A stretch of 64,000 nt of DNA, from positions 800,001-864,000 of the forward strand of contig CM000151.3 of NCBI GenBank assembly GCA_000004695.1. Reading direction: 5' to 3'. Below, piece after piece: positions 30,367 to 41,400 of the stretch; position 1 is the first letter of the stretch, and every line of letters starts with the position of its first letter. The notes below the pieces were generated by a model, which was not told the DNA's origin, did not search any database, and saw only the letters and a list, made by a program, of their open reading frames with translations. Made by a program: the position numbers and the translations under genes. Source of the stretch: Dictyostelium discoideum (Eukaryota).

Positions 30367-33093
30367 ATGGCAGATGAAGATGATGGATTACAATTAAATA
30401 TTTGTTATTTACAACGTGTACCTAAAAAAGAAATAAATTCAAAAGCAGAAGAGGAAGCCTACTTTAAAGAAAATATCAGTAATAATAATAACTTTACAAA
30501 TAATAGAGCATATAGAGAGAAAACAAACAAAAATGAAAATAATTTAAATAATAATAAGAACAACAACAATAACAACAATAATAATAAAACTTACAATAAC
30601 AACAATAGTAATAATAGTTACAATAATAATAATTACAATAATAACTCATTTAATAATAATAATAATAATAACTATAATAATAATAATAGCAATAATAATA
30701 ATAATTCAAATAATAATAATTTAAATAAAAAACCAACATTTTTAGAAAAGAAAATTCAACAAGAACAAAAACAAAAAGAATTAAAAGAATTAAAAGGACC
30801 ACAACATCATAGATATAGGAATCAAGAGAATGAAGAGTCAAATGCAATTGAATCAAATTCAAATAATTTTAAAGATAAATATAAGTTTGCAGAAAATAAA
30901 ACTAAAAAAGATGAATTTAATAGACCAATTTTAGAAACAATTGAAAGTAATATTAAAGTTGAAAAATCTGAAACATTCAGTTCAATGAATTGGGGTTCAT
31001 TACAATTATCTGAAACATTGGTAAGGAATTTAGTTGGACATATGAAACATGAAAAACCAACACATATTCAAGAGGCATCGATAACACCAATTTTAAAAGG
31101 TAATGATGCATTGGTTAAGGCACAAACTGGTAGTGGTAAAACTTTATCCTATTTAATACCAGTGGTGCAAAAATTAACCGAACAACGTGTTACAAGATCA
31201 GATGGTTGCTATTGTGTAATCATTACACCAACAAGAGAATTATCATCACAGATTTATGAAGAACTTCAAAAACTTTTAAAACCATTCTATTGGATCGTTC
31301 CGGGTATAATTATGGGTGGTGAGAATAGAAGTGCTGAAAAAGCACGTATACGTAAAGGTATAAATATTTTAGTTGCAACACCTGGTAGATTATTAGATCA
31401 TTTACAAAATACTCAATCATTTCCAACTGATAATATTAAATGGTGTATTTTGGATGAAGCTGATAAATTATTGGATTTAGGTTTTGAAAAGGATGTTACC
31501 ACTATCATTAATTTATTAGATTCAAAAAAGAGAACAATGAAATTCAAAAGACAAAATATTTTAGTTTCTGCTACTCTTAGTGAAGGTATTTCAAGATTGG
31601 CTTCATTATCATTAACAAGTCCAGTTTACATTGGTTTGGATTCAAAAGTATTAGAAAAAGGTGAAAATCCATTCCAAGCTGCTGAAAAAGAAATGCTTCA
31701 AGCTCCAAAACAATTGGATCAATTTTATGTTGAAGTTGAATCAAAAGAACGTCTAACTTCTTTAATAGCCTTTATTAGATGGAAAACTTCAAATATTACA
31801 ATTGATAAAGGCGATGTTGCCTCTGGTAATAGTTCAGCAAATTCAAAAATGATTGTTTTCTTTTCATCATGTGATTCAGTCGATTTTCATCATTATATGT
31901 TTAGTAATATGAAAATGGATAAAGAGAGAGGTGTAAAAAGAACAAAGAAAGAACAAATTAAACAAGATAAATTAATTCAACAACATAAACAAAAGAATTC
32001 AAAAATTTTCCAAACTGGTAATGAAAGTGATGATGAAGAAAGTGATAATGATGATAGTGACGATAGTGATTCAAATAATTCAGATTCAGAAACTGATGAA
32101 GAAAAAGAAATTGAAAAACAAATTAAAGAGGCAACATCAAATCCAAATTATAGGGTAAAAACATCAGTTTTTTCAGTACCAATTTTTAAACTTCATGGTG
32201 AATTAGATCAACAAACTAGAACTAAAACATTTTTTGATTTTAAAAATTCACCAAATGGTATTTTATTAACTACCGATGTTTCAGCAAGAGGTTTAGATTT
32301 ACCATCGGTAAATTGGATCGTTCAATATGATCCATGTTCCGATACAAAAGATTATATTCATAGAATTGGTAGAACTGCTCGTTTAGGTAATCAAGGTTGT
32401 TCATTATTATTCCTTTTACCAAGTGAAAAGAAGTATATTGATCATTTGGCTAAATTTAATGTCTCTGTTAAAGAAATGAAAGTTACAACTATTCTTCAAA
32501 GTTTATTCTACACAAGTGATGGTCAATTGAAAAAAACTTCAAAATCTTCACAATTGGAATCACAAGTACACGATTTACAATTACTATTTGAAAGATTTTT
32601 AATTTATGATTCAAAAGCAAAGGAAATGGCAAGATGTGCTTATCAATCTTTCCTTAGATCTTATGCAACTCATAAAGCTGATGTTAAATCAATATTTCAT
32701 ATATCTTATTTACATTTAGGTCATGTTTCAAAGAGTTTTGCACTAAGAGAAACTCCAACAGAATTAAATAAAATGTCTGCTGGTATTAAAGGTGCTAAAG
32801 CGGCTAAAAAAGGTGATGAAGATACACTCCAAAAACAAACTGCTGATTTTAAAATGAAAAATTATAAATCTGTAAATGAATTCTCTGATGGTTTAAATGA
32901 TCAACCTTTACAAAGAGCAAATTTCCATTATGAATCTGCTAGTGGTGTCATTCACAATATCTATCAACGTCATTTCAATAGAAACGAAAGAGATGAAGCT
33001 GATAAAAACTCAAATCCAAAAGAAATCAAAGAAAAGAAAAGAAGATTATATGATAAAAAAATTGAATCAAATAAAAAATTTAAATCAAAATAA
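30367..33093 (+). CDS. DEAD-box ATP-dependent RNA helicase (DDX31/Dbp7-like). 908 aa from the ATG at 30367.
   Basis: Helicase motifs: Q-region ...PTHIQEASITPIL, I AQTGSGKT, Ia PTRELSSQ, II ILDEADKLLDLGF, III LVSATLS, V TTDVSARGLDLP, VI HRIGRTARLGNQG. There is an N-terminal N-rich low-complexity region and an acidic D/E/S insertion in the C-terminal RecA domain. The ORF-track start at 30265 lies in a poly-T promoter run (MSSFYFFYFFF) and is rejected. Confidence 0.9.
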   Translation: MADEDDGLQLNICYLQRVPKKEINSKAEEEAYFKENISNNNNFTNNRAYREKTNKNENNLNNNKNNNNNNNNNKTYNNNNSNNSYNNNNYNNNSFNNNNNNNYNNNNSNNNNNSNNNNLNKKPTFLEKKIQQEQKQKELKELKGPQHHRYRNQENEESNAIESNSNNFKDKYKFAENKTKKDEFNRPILETIESNIKVEKSETFSSMNWGSLQLSETLVRNLVGHMKHEKPTHIQEASITPILKGNDALVKAQTGSGKTLSYLIPVVQKLTEQRVTRSDGCYCVIITPTRELSSQIYEELQKLLKPFYWIVPGIIMGGENRSAEKARIRKGINILVATPGRLLDHLQNTQSFPTDNIKWCILDEADKLLDLGFEKDVTTIINLLDSKKRTMKFKRQNILVSATLSEGISRLASLSLTSPVYIGLDSKVLEKGENPFQAAEKEMLQAPKQLDQFYVEVESKERLTSLIAFIRWKTSNITIDKGDVASGNSSANSKMIVFFSSCDSVDFHHYMFSNMKMDKERGVKRTKKEQIKQDKLIQQHKQKNSKIFQTGNESDDEESDNDDSDDSDSNNSDSETDEEKEIEKQIKEATSNPNYRVKTSVFSVPIFKLHGELDQQTRTKTFFDFKNSPNGILLTTDVSARGLDLPSVNWIVQYDPCSDTKDYIHRIGRTARLGNQGCSLLFLLPSEKKYIDHLAKFNVSVKEMKVTTILQSLFYTSDGQLKKTSKSSQLESQVHDLQLLFERFLIYDSKAKEMARCAYQSFLRSYATHKADVKSIFHISYLHLGHVSKSFALRETPTELNKMSAGIKGAKAAKKGDEDTLQKQTADFKMKNYKSVNEFSDGLNDQPLQRANFHYESASGVIHNIYQRHFNRNERDEADKNSNPKEIKEKKRRLYDKKIESNKKFKSK

Positions 33094-33212
33094 ATAATCT
33101 TTTTAAAAAAATAAATATATATTATCCATTTTTTTTTTTTTTTTTTTAAAAAGTAATAATTTTGTAAATTGTTTATTATTTTTTTCTAAATACTATTATA
33201 CATTTAATTAAT

Positions 33213-33567
33213 TTAATTACAACCACAACTTGGATGTAAAATTGGATTTGTAATGGTACCAACTGTGTTTAAAACTGATCCCACAATTACACCAGTACCA
33301 ATTAAAACTCCACCAACAAGATTTCCTACTACATTTCCCAAAGTTGGTCCACCACATGGGCTATATTGAATTGAGTTTAATGATTGACTAGATGATGGTG
33401 ATGATGATGAGAATGAAACATTTTTTGATTTTGTAATTGATTTAACATTACCAATTGATGAGATTGAAGCTATAATAAATTAATATTAATATTTATAATT
33501 TTAAAAAATAAACAATTTAAAAACTATATTTTTTTAAATTTTATTATAAATTACCTAAGATTGTCAT
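33213..33567 (-). CDS. HssA/B-like (hssA/2C/7E family) small Gly/Ser-rich protein, divergent copy A. Exon 1 is 33555..33567; exon 2 is 33213..33469.
   Basis: ATGACAATCTTAG|GTAATT (MTIL-G), then an acceptor tattatag. The product is [89 protein letters not shown]. This matches the family layout of a 5-codon first exon, [10 protein letters not shown], a C/G-rich core, and a C-terminal CGC motif. Confidence 0.7.
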
Positions 33568-34238
33568 TTTTAGTTTTTAGTTTTTTTTTTTTATTATTTT
33601 TAAAAAAAAAATTATTTATTTATAGTAAAATAAAATCATATGTTTTTTTTTTTTTTTTTAACTTGTTTGGATAATAAATGATTTCATTTTTTTGATTAAT
33701 ATTAATCAATACAGATTTATTGTTTGAGTTTTAATTGTATGAAATACCAAAAAAAGTAAAAGTTAATCTTTGAAAATGAGATTTTCAAAAAAAAACAAAA
33801 GGATTATAATAAAATAATCTATTTTTTTTTTATTAAAAAGGATAAAAATATTTTTTGGAAAAATGAAAATGATTTGGTGTGTTTAAATCTATAAAAAATT
33901 AATTGCCTTTTTGCAAATGAAAAAATTTTAAATAAAAAAAAAAAAAATAACACAGATTAAAAATTAAATATTTAAATCTGATTTTAATTTGTTAAACCCT
34001 TTTTTAAAATTATTGACTTTTTCTGTTGATTGTTATAATGATAATTGAATGATTACAAAAGTTTATATTAAAACTTAAGATTTTCTTATTCATTTTCATA
34101 TCCTTTTTTTCTTTAAAAATATTAAATTTTAATATTACTCTAATATTTTGAATTTGTTTTGATAAAAATCAATATATTTAAATATATTAATTTTTTTAAA
34201 AGTCAAGTAACATGTAAAGATAAACAAATTATTTTAAA

Positions 34239-34277
<39 letters not shown>

Positions 34278-34355
34278 AATTAATTTAATTTTTACAGTTT
34301 ATTGAATTATTTTTAGTATTTGTTTTAATCTTTTAATTTAAATAATTTTACAGTT

Positions 34356-34685
34356 TTAATGGCAACCACAGTTTGGACCACTTAATAAACCACCAACAAC
34401 ACCATTGACAGTACCAACAATAATACCAGTTCCGACAAGTACACCACCTACGAGATTACCAACAGTACCAATTAATGGACTACCACCACCGCAGCCACCA
34501 CATTGTATTGAATTTGATGATTGTAATGATGAGTTTGATAATGATGAAAAATTATTTGATTTTGAAATTGATTTAACATTACCAATTCATGAGATTGAGG
34601 CTATTTAAAAATAATATAAAATAATTAATTTTAATATTATTTAATGTATATATATATATATATAAAACATACCTAAGATTGTCAT
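34356..34685 (-). pseudogene. HssA/B-like copy B. It has a premature in-frame TGA in codon 9 and a 12-nt in-frame deletion. Exon 1 is 34673..34685; exon 2 is 34356..34600.
   Basis: Exon 1 ATGACAATCTTAG|GTATGT is intact. Exon 2 begins CCTCAATCTCATGAATTGG, which in phase 1 reads A S I S stop. The plus strand has attCatgag where the other copies have attGatgag. Exon 2 also lacks the GTTGGAACTGTC segment. Confidence 0.6.
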
Positions 34686-34837
34686 TTTTAATTTTGTTAA
34701 TTGGAAATTAATTTTTTGATTTAATGATTATAAAATAAAAAAAAAAAAAACCTTTTATATCAAATTTTTTTAAACAAAAATTATTTATTTTTATTTGTTT
34801 TTAATTTATCTTACAAAAAATAAAAATAATAATTAAC

Positions 34838-35037
34838 TATCAATTAAGAAATAATGTGTTAATGGGGGTAATTATTGTGTGTTAATTAATCAACCGAATC
34901 CACCAAGGTTTTGATATGTATAAACTATTAAGTTAATACTTCATATAAATTTTTTTTTTTAAAATTTATATTGTTTCAGTTTAATTGTTCAAACACACAA
35001 TTAACCCCTCATTAACACATTATTTCCTAATTGATAG
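34838..35037. repeat. ~200-bp hairpin element with ~47-bp imperfect terminal inverted repeats (CTATCAATTARGAAATAATGTGTTARTGGGGGTAA...TTAACCCCWCATTAACACATTATTTCCTAATTGATAG). Copy 1, at the axis of hssl pair B/C.
   Basis: The left and right arms are reverse complements at ~90% identity. A ~110-bp spacer is itself partly palindromic. Further copies lie at 36840..37040, 40248..40446 and 42011..42208. A solo right-arm fragment lies at 52781..52806. Confidence 0.7.
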
Positions 35038-35389
35038 TAAATTTAAAGTATTTTTATTTATTTTTAAAGAATTTTTATTTATTCTACTCACACATCATAT
35101 TAAAATTTTTTTTTTTTTTTTTTTTTATTGTGTGGTATAATTTAATATATCTATTATACAAGAAAATAGTTTTTTGAAAATGAGATCTTTTGTGATCTAA
35201 ACAGTTAAATTTCTGAAAAAAAAGAATTTAATTATAATAATAAATTATTTGTTTTTTTTAAATTGATTTTTTTTTTTTTTAAATTTTTTTTTTTTCAAAA
35301 GTTCAAAATAAAAGTATAAATTCTAATTTTATTTCAATCATTATTTCATTAAATTAAACAATCAAAAAAATTTTAAATAAATTAATAAA

Positions 35390-35739
35390 ATGACACTCTT
35401 AGGTAAGTAATTAAATAATTAATTATAGTTTATTAAAAAATAATTTTATTAATTACTTATTTTTTAATATTAAAAAACTTAGCTTCAATCTCATCAATTG
35501 GTAATGTTAAATCAATTTCAAAATCAAATAATTTTTCATCATTATCAAACTCGTCATTACAATCATCAAACTCAATACAATGTGGTGGCTGCGGTGGTGG
35601 TAGTCCATTAATTGGTACTGTTGGTAATCTCGTCGGTGGTGTACTTGTCGGAACTGGTATTATTGTTGGTACTGTCATTGGAACTGTCAATGGTGTTGTT
35701 GGTGGTTTATTAAATGGACCAAACTGTGGATGTCATTAG
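35390..35739 (+). CDS. HssA/B-like copy C. Exons 35390..35402 and 35483..35739. 89 aa.
   Basis: ATGACACTCTTAG|GTAAGT with an acceptor aaaaaacttag. The product is [89 protein letters not shown]. The listed minus-strand ORF 35457..35690 is its antisense. Confidence 0.75.
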
Positions 35740-35934
35740 AACTGTAAAATTATTTAAATTATAATATTTTGTAATCAAAAAAGTTTTTTTATAATAAATA
35801 ACTTTGTATTAATAAAAAATTAAATCCAAAAAAGACTTAATGTTTCATTTTTTATTTTTTTATAATTTTTTTATTTTATTTTTACAATATTGTAAATTAC
35901 AAAAAGAGATTGATTATTTATACTTTTTTAAATT

Positions 35935-36190
35935 AATTACACTGACTTTCAACAGTTCTAGCATTTAGAATTAAAATATCAATTTGATATTACTTATAAA
36001 ATTTAATTAACCAATCTTTTAATTTACTTTGTCAGTAATATCAATCGATTCTACTTGAACACCAATATCCAAACATTCTTTTTTACTTCTTCTAATATTT
36101 CAATTTCCTTCCAGTCAAACCAAACCTCTTCCAGGATGACGCACCTGTGATAACTATTGCTTTTGGTGTCGGAAAATTTGTTTTCTTTTT
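35935..36190 (-). pseudogene. Decayed fragment of SDR exon 1 (remnant of a third SDR copy).
   Basis: The plus strand is alignable to 38650..38960 of SDR copy 1 (actgactttcaacagttc...cacctgtgataactattgcttttggtgtcggaaaatttgttttc). It has many substitutions and indels and no intact ORF. Confidence 0.6.
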
Positions 36191-36348
36191 TTATAATTTA
36201 AAAAACTTAATATTGTATAAAATAAAATATAAACAAATGAATTCAAAAATAATTTTTTTATTTTTAAATAATGAATTTAATTTTTACAGTTTATTGAATT
36301 ATTTTTAGTTTTTGTTTTATATCTATTAATTTAAATAATTTTACAGTT

Positions 36349-36688
36349 TTAATGGCAACCACAGTTTGGACCACTTAATAAACCACCAACAACACCATTG
36401 ACAGTTCCAACGACAGTACCAAGAATAATACCAGTTCCGACAAGTACACCACCTACGAGATTACCAACAGTACCAATTAATGGACTACCCCCACCGCAGC
36501 CACATTGAATTGAATTTGATGATTGTAATGACGAGTTTGATAATGATGAAAAATTATTTGATTTTGAAATTGATTTAACATTACCAATTGATGAGATTGA
36601 AGCTATTTAAAAATAATATAAAATAATTAATTTTTAATTATTTTGTGTATATATTTTTAGATTTTAAAGACATACCTAAGATTGTCAT
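36349..36688 (-). CDS. HssA/B-like copy D. Exon 1 is 36676..36688; exon 2 is 36349..36602. 88 aa (one-codon deletion).
   Basis: MTIL-G|GTATGT, acceptor ttttaaatag. Exon 2 encodes [84 protein letters not shown]. Confidence 0.75.
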
Positions 36689-36839
36689 TTTTTTAATATT
36701 GCTAATTGTAAATTTTAATAGTTTGATTTAATGATTTTTTTTTAAAATAAAAAAACCTTTTATATCAAATTTTTTAAAACAATAATTATTTTTTTTTATT
36801 TATTTTTAATTTATCTTACAAAATAATAATAATAATTAA

Positions 36840-37040
36840 CTATCAATTAGGAAATAATGTGTTAGTGGGGGTAAATATTGTGTGTTAATTAATCAACCGA
36901 ATCTACCGAAGTTTTTATATGTATAAACTATTGTGTTAGTTCTTCATATAAATTTTTTTTTTTAAAATTTATATTGTTTCAGTTTAATTGTTCAAACACA
37001 CAATTAACCCCACATTAACACATTATTTCCTATTTGATAG
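36840..37040. repeat. Hairpin IR element, copy 2 (axis of hssl pair D/E).
   Basis: Same arms as copy 1. Confidence 0.7.
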
Positions 37041-37374
37041 TAAATTTATATTATTATTATTTTTTTTTTTTTTTAGAAGTTTTATTTATTAACACATATT
37101 AATAATTTTTTTTTTTTTTGTGTGGTTTAATTTAGTATATCAATTATACAAGAAAATAATTTTTTGAAAATGAGATTTTTTGTGATTTAAACAGTTAAAT
37201 ATCTGAAAAAAAAAAGAATTTAATTATAAAAATAAATTATTTGTTTTTTTTTTAAATTAATTATATTTTTTAATTTTTTTTTTATTGAAAATAAAAGTAT
37301 AAATTCTAATTTTATTTTCAATCATTATTTCATTAAATCAAACAATCAAATAAACTTTAAAATAAATTAATAAA

Positions 37375-37721
37375 ATGACACTCTTAGGTAAATAATTAAA
37401 ATAAATTGTAGTTTATTAAAAAGTAATTTTATTAATTTATTTTATTTTATAAATTTAAAAAATTTAGCTTCAATCTCATCAATTGGTAATGTTAAATCAA
37501 TTTCAAAATCAAATAATTTTTCATCATTATCAAACTCATCATTACAATCATCAAACTCAATACAATGTGGTGGCTGCGGTGGTAGTCCATTAATTGGTAC
37601 TGTTGGTAATCTCGTAGGTGGTGTACTTGTCGGAACTGGTATTATTGTTGGTACTGTCGTTGGAACTGTCAATGGTGTTGTTGGTGGTTTATTAAGTGGT
37701 CCAAACTGTGGATGCCATTAA
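37375..37721 (+). CDS. HssA/B-like copy E. Exons 37375..37387 and 37468..37721. 88 aa.
   Basis: ATGACACTCTTAG|GTAAAT, acceptor aaaaaatttag. Same protein family. The minus-strand ORF 37442..37672 is the antisense artefact. Confidence 0.75.
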
Positions 37722-37871
37722 ATTTATTAAAATCGATAATGTTTTTTTATAATAAATAAATTTGTATAAATAAAAAATGAATTTCAAAAAAGACTTAACA
37801 TGTTCATTTTTATTATAACTATTTTTTTTTTTTTTTTTTACAATATTATAAATTACAAAAAAAAAGATTGA

Positions 37872-39063
37872 TTATTTATTATGAGTCTTAATTTTTTGAG
37901 AATTTAAATTTTTAACTGATGAGGAGGGACAATTTTCTCTTTTTGATTCATTTGTAGAATATCGAGAGTGATGAGAATAATGAGTTACTGGTTTCCTATA
38001 GTCTGGATATTTTGCAAGAGAATTTATAATAAAATTAGTGGCATCTCTTAAAGTTGGTGGAATTGTGGCAAAGAAATGAGATATACAATAAACTAAAGGT
38101 GGGCATGAAATTATTGCATCATTTCTACTAATACCATCTACAATGTATTTTGAAGCTTTGTCAGTTGTTATAGGTAGTAACATTGGTATATCTTTATAAT
38201 CCAAAGAATCAACTAATGGAGTATAAACAAAACCTGGTATTATTACTGAAACGCCAACACCTCTTGATGCTAAACCATTTCTAAGTATTAACCCAAATGA
38301 TTTTAGGTAACCTTTACTTGATGAATATCCTGCCATTGTATAATCAAAATATGGTGTAATACTTGACATCAAAACCAATTGACCAGATCCTCTTGATTCA
38401 AAGATTGGTACCATTGGTAAAACTGTATTCAAGGTTCCAATTACCTATAATAAATAATTTATTAATTAGTTTTAAAAGAATATCATTACTTTTTATATTT
38501 TTAAAATTATTTAAGATATTACATTTGTGTTTGTAACTGTTAATATTCTTTCAGTAAAATCTAATTCTTTTGGTAACATTGCTGGAATTTTTTTTTTAAA
38601 TATAAATAAATATATTAAGAAAACCAATTTTTTTTTTTTTAAAAAAGTAATTATACTGACTTTCAACAGTTCCAGCATTTGCAATTAAAATATCAATTTT
38701 ATATTTATTATCAAATTTAATTAACCAATCATATAATTTTTCTTTGTCAGTGACATCAATTGATTCAATTTCTACTTGAACACCAAGATCCAAACATTCT
38801 TTTTGAATTTCTTCTAATTTTTCAATGTTTCTTCCAGTTAAACCTAAAACCAAAGAATTATTGGTTTTTCTTTTTGCATATTCAAGTGCTATTCCTCTAC
38901 CAATACCAGATGATGCACCCGTGATAACTATTGCTTTTGGTGTTGGGAAATTTGTTTTCTTTTTTTTATAATTTAAAAAACCTAATATAGGATAAAATAT
39001 TAAAAGAATCATTGAACCAATTATATTGGTCAACAATAAAGATATATCAGTTAGCACTGCCAT
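37872..39063 (-). CDS. Membrane-anchored short-chain dehydrogenase/reductase (SDR), copy 1. Exons 38661..39063, 38523..38581, 37872..38444.
   Basis: N-terminal TM helix (LTDISLLLTNIIGSMILLIFYPILGFL). Rossmann motif ITGASSGIGRGIALEYAKRK. NAG motif ILIANAGTVE. Catalytic YSSSK in exon 3. The splice sites are GTCAGT (38655-38660) with ttccag (38582-38583), and GTAATA (38517-38522) with ttattatag (38445-38446). Phases 1/0 are consistent, and the same sites occur in copy 2. Confidence 0.8.
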
Positions 39064-39130
39064 TCTTATTATTAATTTTTTTTGAAAAATTTAAATTAAA
39101 AAAAAATTTAAATTAATAAAAAAAATTTAA

Positions 39131-39168
<38 letters not shown>

Positions 39169-39334
39169 TTAAAGTGTTAAAATTCTAAACCGTTTAAAAG
39201 AATGTTTAATTAATTAATTCAAAAACACCAAGAATAAAAATTGATTTACAATATTAAATTTTCATTTTTTAACAAATTTTTTTTATATTTTTTAAAAAAA
39301 ATACAAAACAGGAAGGTTGTCAAAACAGATCTAT

Positions 39335-39382
<48 letters not shown>

Positions 39383-39645
39383 TTTAATATAAAATTAAAT
39401 AATTAAATAAATCATTTTAAATCTAATTTTAATTTTAAAAACATTTTACAAAGATTAAAATCAGATTTAAAATAACTTTTTCTTTAGTTAATCAAATAAT
39501 AATTAAATAATTTCAAAAGTTTATATTTATACTTTTTTTTTTTATTCATTTTCATATTCACTTTTAATAAGATTATCATAAAAAATTCTGAATTGTTTTA
39601 ATGAAATAAATTTATTAAATATTTTAAAAAAATGAATTCAAAATT

Positions 39646-39680
<35 letters not shown>

Positions 39681-39760
39681 AATAATGAATTTAATTTTTA
39701 CAGTTTATTGAATTATTTTTAGTATTTTTTTATATCTATTAATATAAATAATTTTCAGTT

Positions 39761-40107
39761 CTAATGACATCCACAGTTTGGACCACTTAATAAACCACCA
39801 ACAACACCATTGACAGTTCCAACAACAGTACCAAGAATAATACCAGTTCCAACAAGTACTCCACCGACGAGATTACCTACGGTACCAATTAATGGACTAC
39901 CACCACCGCAGCCACATTGAATTGAATTTGATGATTGTAATGACGAGTTTGATAATGATGAAAAATTATTTGATTTTGAAATTGATTTAACATTACCAAT
40001 TGTTGAGATTGAAGCTAAGTTTTTAATATTAAAAAATAAATAATTAATAAAATTTTTTTTTAATAAACTACTATTAATTATTTTAATTACTTACCTAAGA
40101 GTGTCAT
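39761..40107 (-). CDS. HssA/B-like copy F. Exon 1 is 40095..40107; exon 2 is 39761..40014. It is plus-slot type (MTLL-G|GTAAGT) sitting in a minus-strand slot.
   Basis: The revcomp of cttacctaagagtgtcat gives ATGACACTCTTAG GTAAGT. Exon 2 encodes [84 protein letters not shown], then a TAG stop. Confidence 0.75.
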
Positions 40108-40247
40108 TTTATTAATTTATTTAGAGTATTTTGATTTAATGATTTATTAAAAAAAAAAAAAAAAAAAAAATCCTTTTATATCAAAATTTTTTATAACAAT
40201 AATAACAACGTTTATTTGCTTTTAATTTATCTTAATAATAGTAATTA

Positions 40248-40446
40248 ACTATCAATTAGGAAATAATGTGTTGGTGGGGGTAAATATTGTGTGTTAATTA
40301 ATCAACCGAATCTACCGAAGTTTTTATATGTATAAACTATCGTGTTAGTACTTCATATAAACTTTTTTTTTAAATTTATATGTTTCAGTTTAATTGTTCA
40401 AACACACAATTAACCCCACAATAACATATTATTTCCTAATTGATAG
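40248..40446. repeat. Hairpin IR element, copy 3 (axis of hssl pair F/G).
   Basis: Same arms as copy 1. Confidence 0.7.
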
Positions 40447-40760
40447 TAAATTTATATTATTATTATTATTTTTTAAAAAAAGTTTTATTTATTCTTCTCA
40501 CACACATTAAAAATAATAATATTTTTTTTTTTGTGAGGTTTAATTTAATATATCGATTATATAAGAAAATAATATTTTGAAAATAAGATTTTTTGTGATT
40601 TAAACAGTTAAATATCTGAAAAAAAGAATTTAATTATAATAATTAATTATTTGTTTTTTTTAATTTTTTTATTTTTTTTATTCAAAATAAAAGTATAAAT
40701 TCTAATTTTATTTTCAATCATTAAATTAAACAATCAAATAAACTCTAAATAAATTAATAA

Positions 40761-41112
40761 AATGACACTCTTAGGTAAGTAATTAAAATAATTAATAGTA
40801 GTTGATTAAAAAATAATTTTATTAATTATTTATTTTTTAATATTAAAAAACTTAGCTTCAATCTCAACAATTGGTAATGTTAAATCAATTTCAAAATCAA
40901 ATAATTTTTCATCATTATCAAACTCATCATTACAATCATCAAATTCAATTCAATGCGGTGGCTGCGGTGGTGGTAATTCATTAATTGGTACTGTTGGAGG
41001 TCTTGTTGGTGGTGTACTTGTTGGAACTGGTATTATTGTTGGTACTGTCATTGGAACTGTTAATGGTGTTGTTGGTGGTTTATTAAGTGGTCCAAGCTGT
41101 GGATGCCATTAA
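40761..41112 (+). CDS. HssA/B-like copy G. Exons 40761..40773 and 40856..41112.
   Basis: MTLL-G|GTAAGT with an acceptor aaaaaacttag. Exon 2 encodes [11 protein letters not shown]...[53 protein letters not shown]. Confidence 0.75.
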
Positions 41113-41274
41113 AATAATGTTTTTTAGAATAAATAAATTTGTATATATAAAAAATGAAATTCAAAAAATACCTAACACCTTTCTTTTTTTTTTTTTATTA
41201 TTTGTTTTTAATTTTTTTATATAATTACTAAAATTGAATTTTTTTTTTTTTTTTTTAAAAATTAATTACACTGA

Positions 41275-41400
41275 CTTCCAACTGTTCCAGTATTTGCAAT
41301 TGATCAATTTGATGTTTATCATCCAAATTTAATTAACTGATCTTTATATTTTCTTTGTCAGTGACATCATAAAAATTCTGAATTTGTAGTTATAAAATGT
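41275..41400 (-). pseudogene. Short decayed SDR exon-1 remnant (fourth ancestral copy).
   Basis: cactgacttccaactgttccagtatttgcaattga...tttctttgtcagtgacatc aligns to the 3' end of SDR exon 1 (38650..38760). Confidence 0.45.

Noticed and set aside
34405-34608. ORF-track proteins [57 protein letters not shown]... (also 35457..35690 and 37442..37672)
   Set aside because: These are antisense to the hssl genes. The sense strand has a conserved 13-nt ATG exon, canonical donors and acceptors, and a product matching the HssA/B-like family. The antisense frame is open only because of Gly (GGT) codon periodicity.
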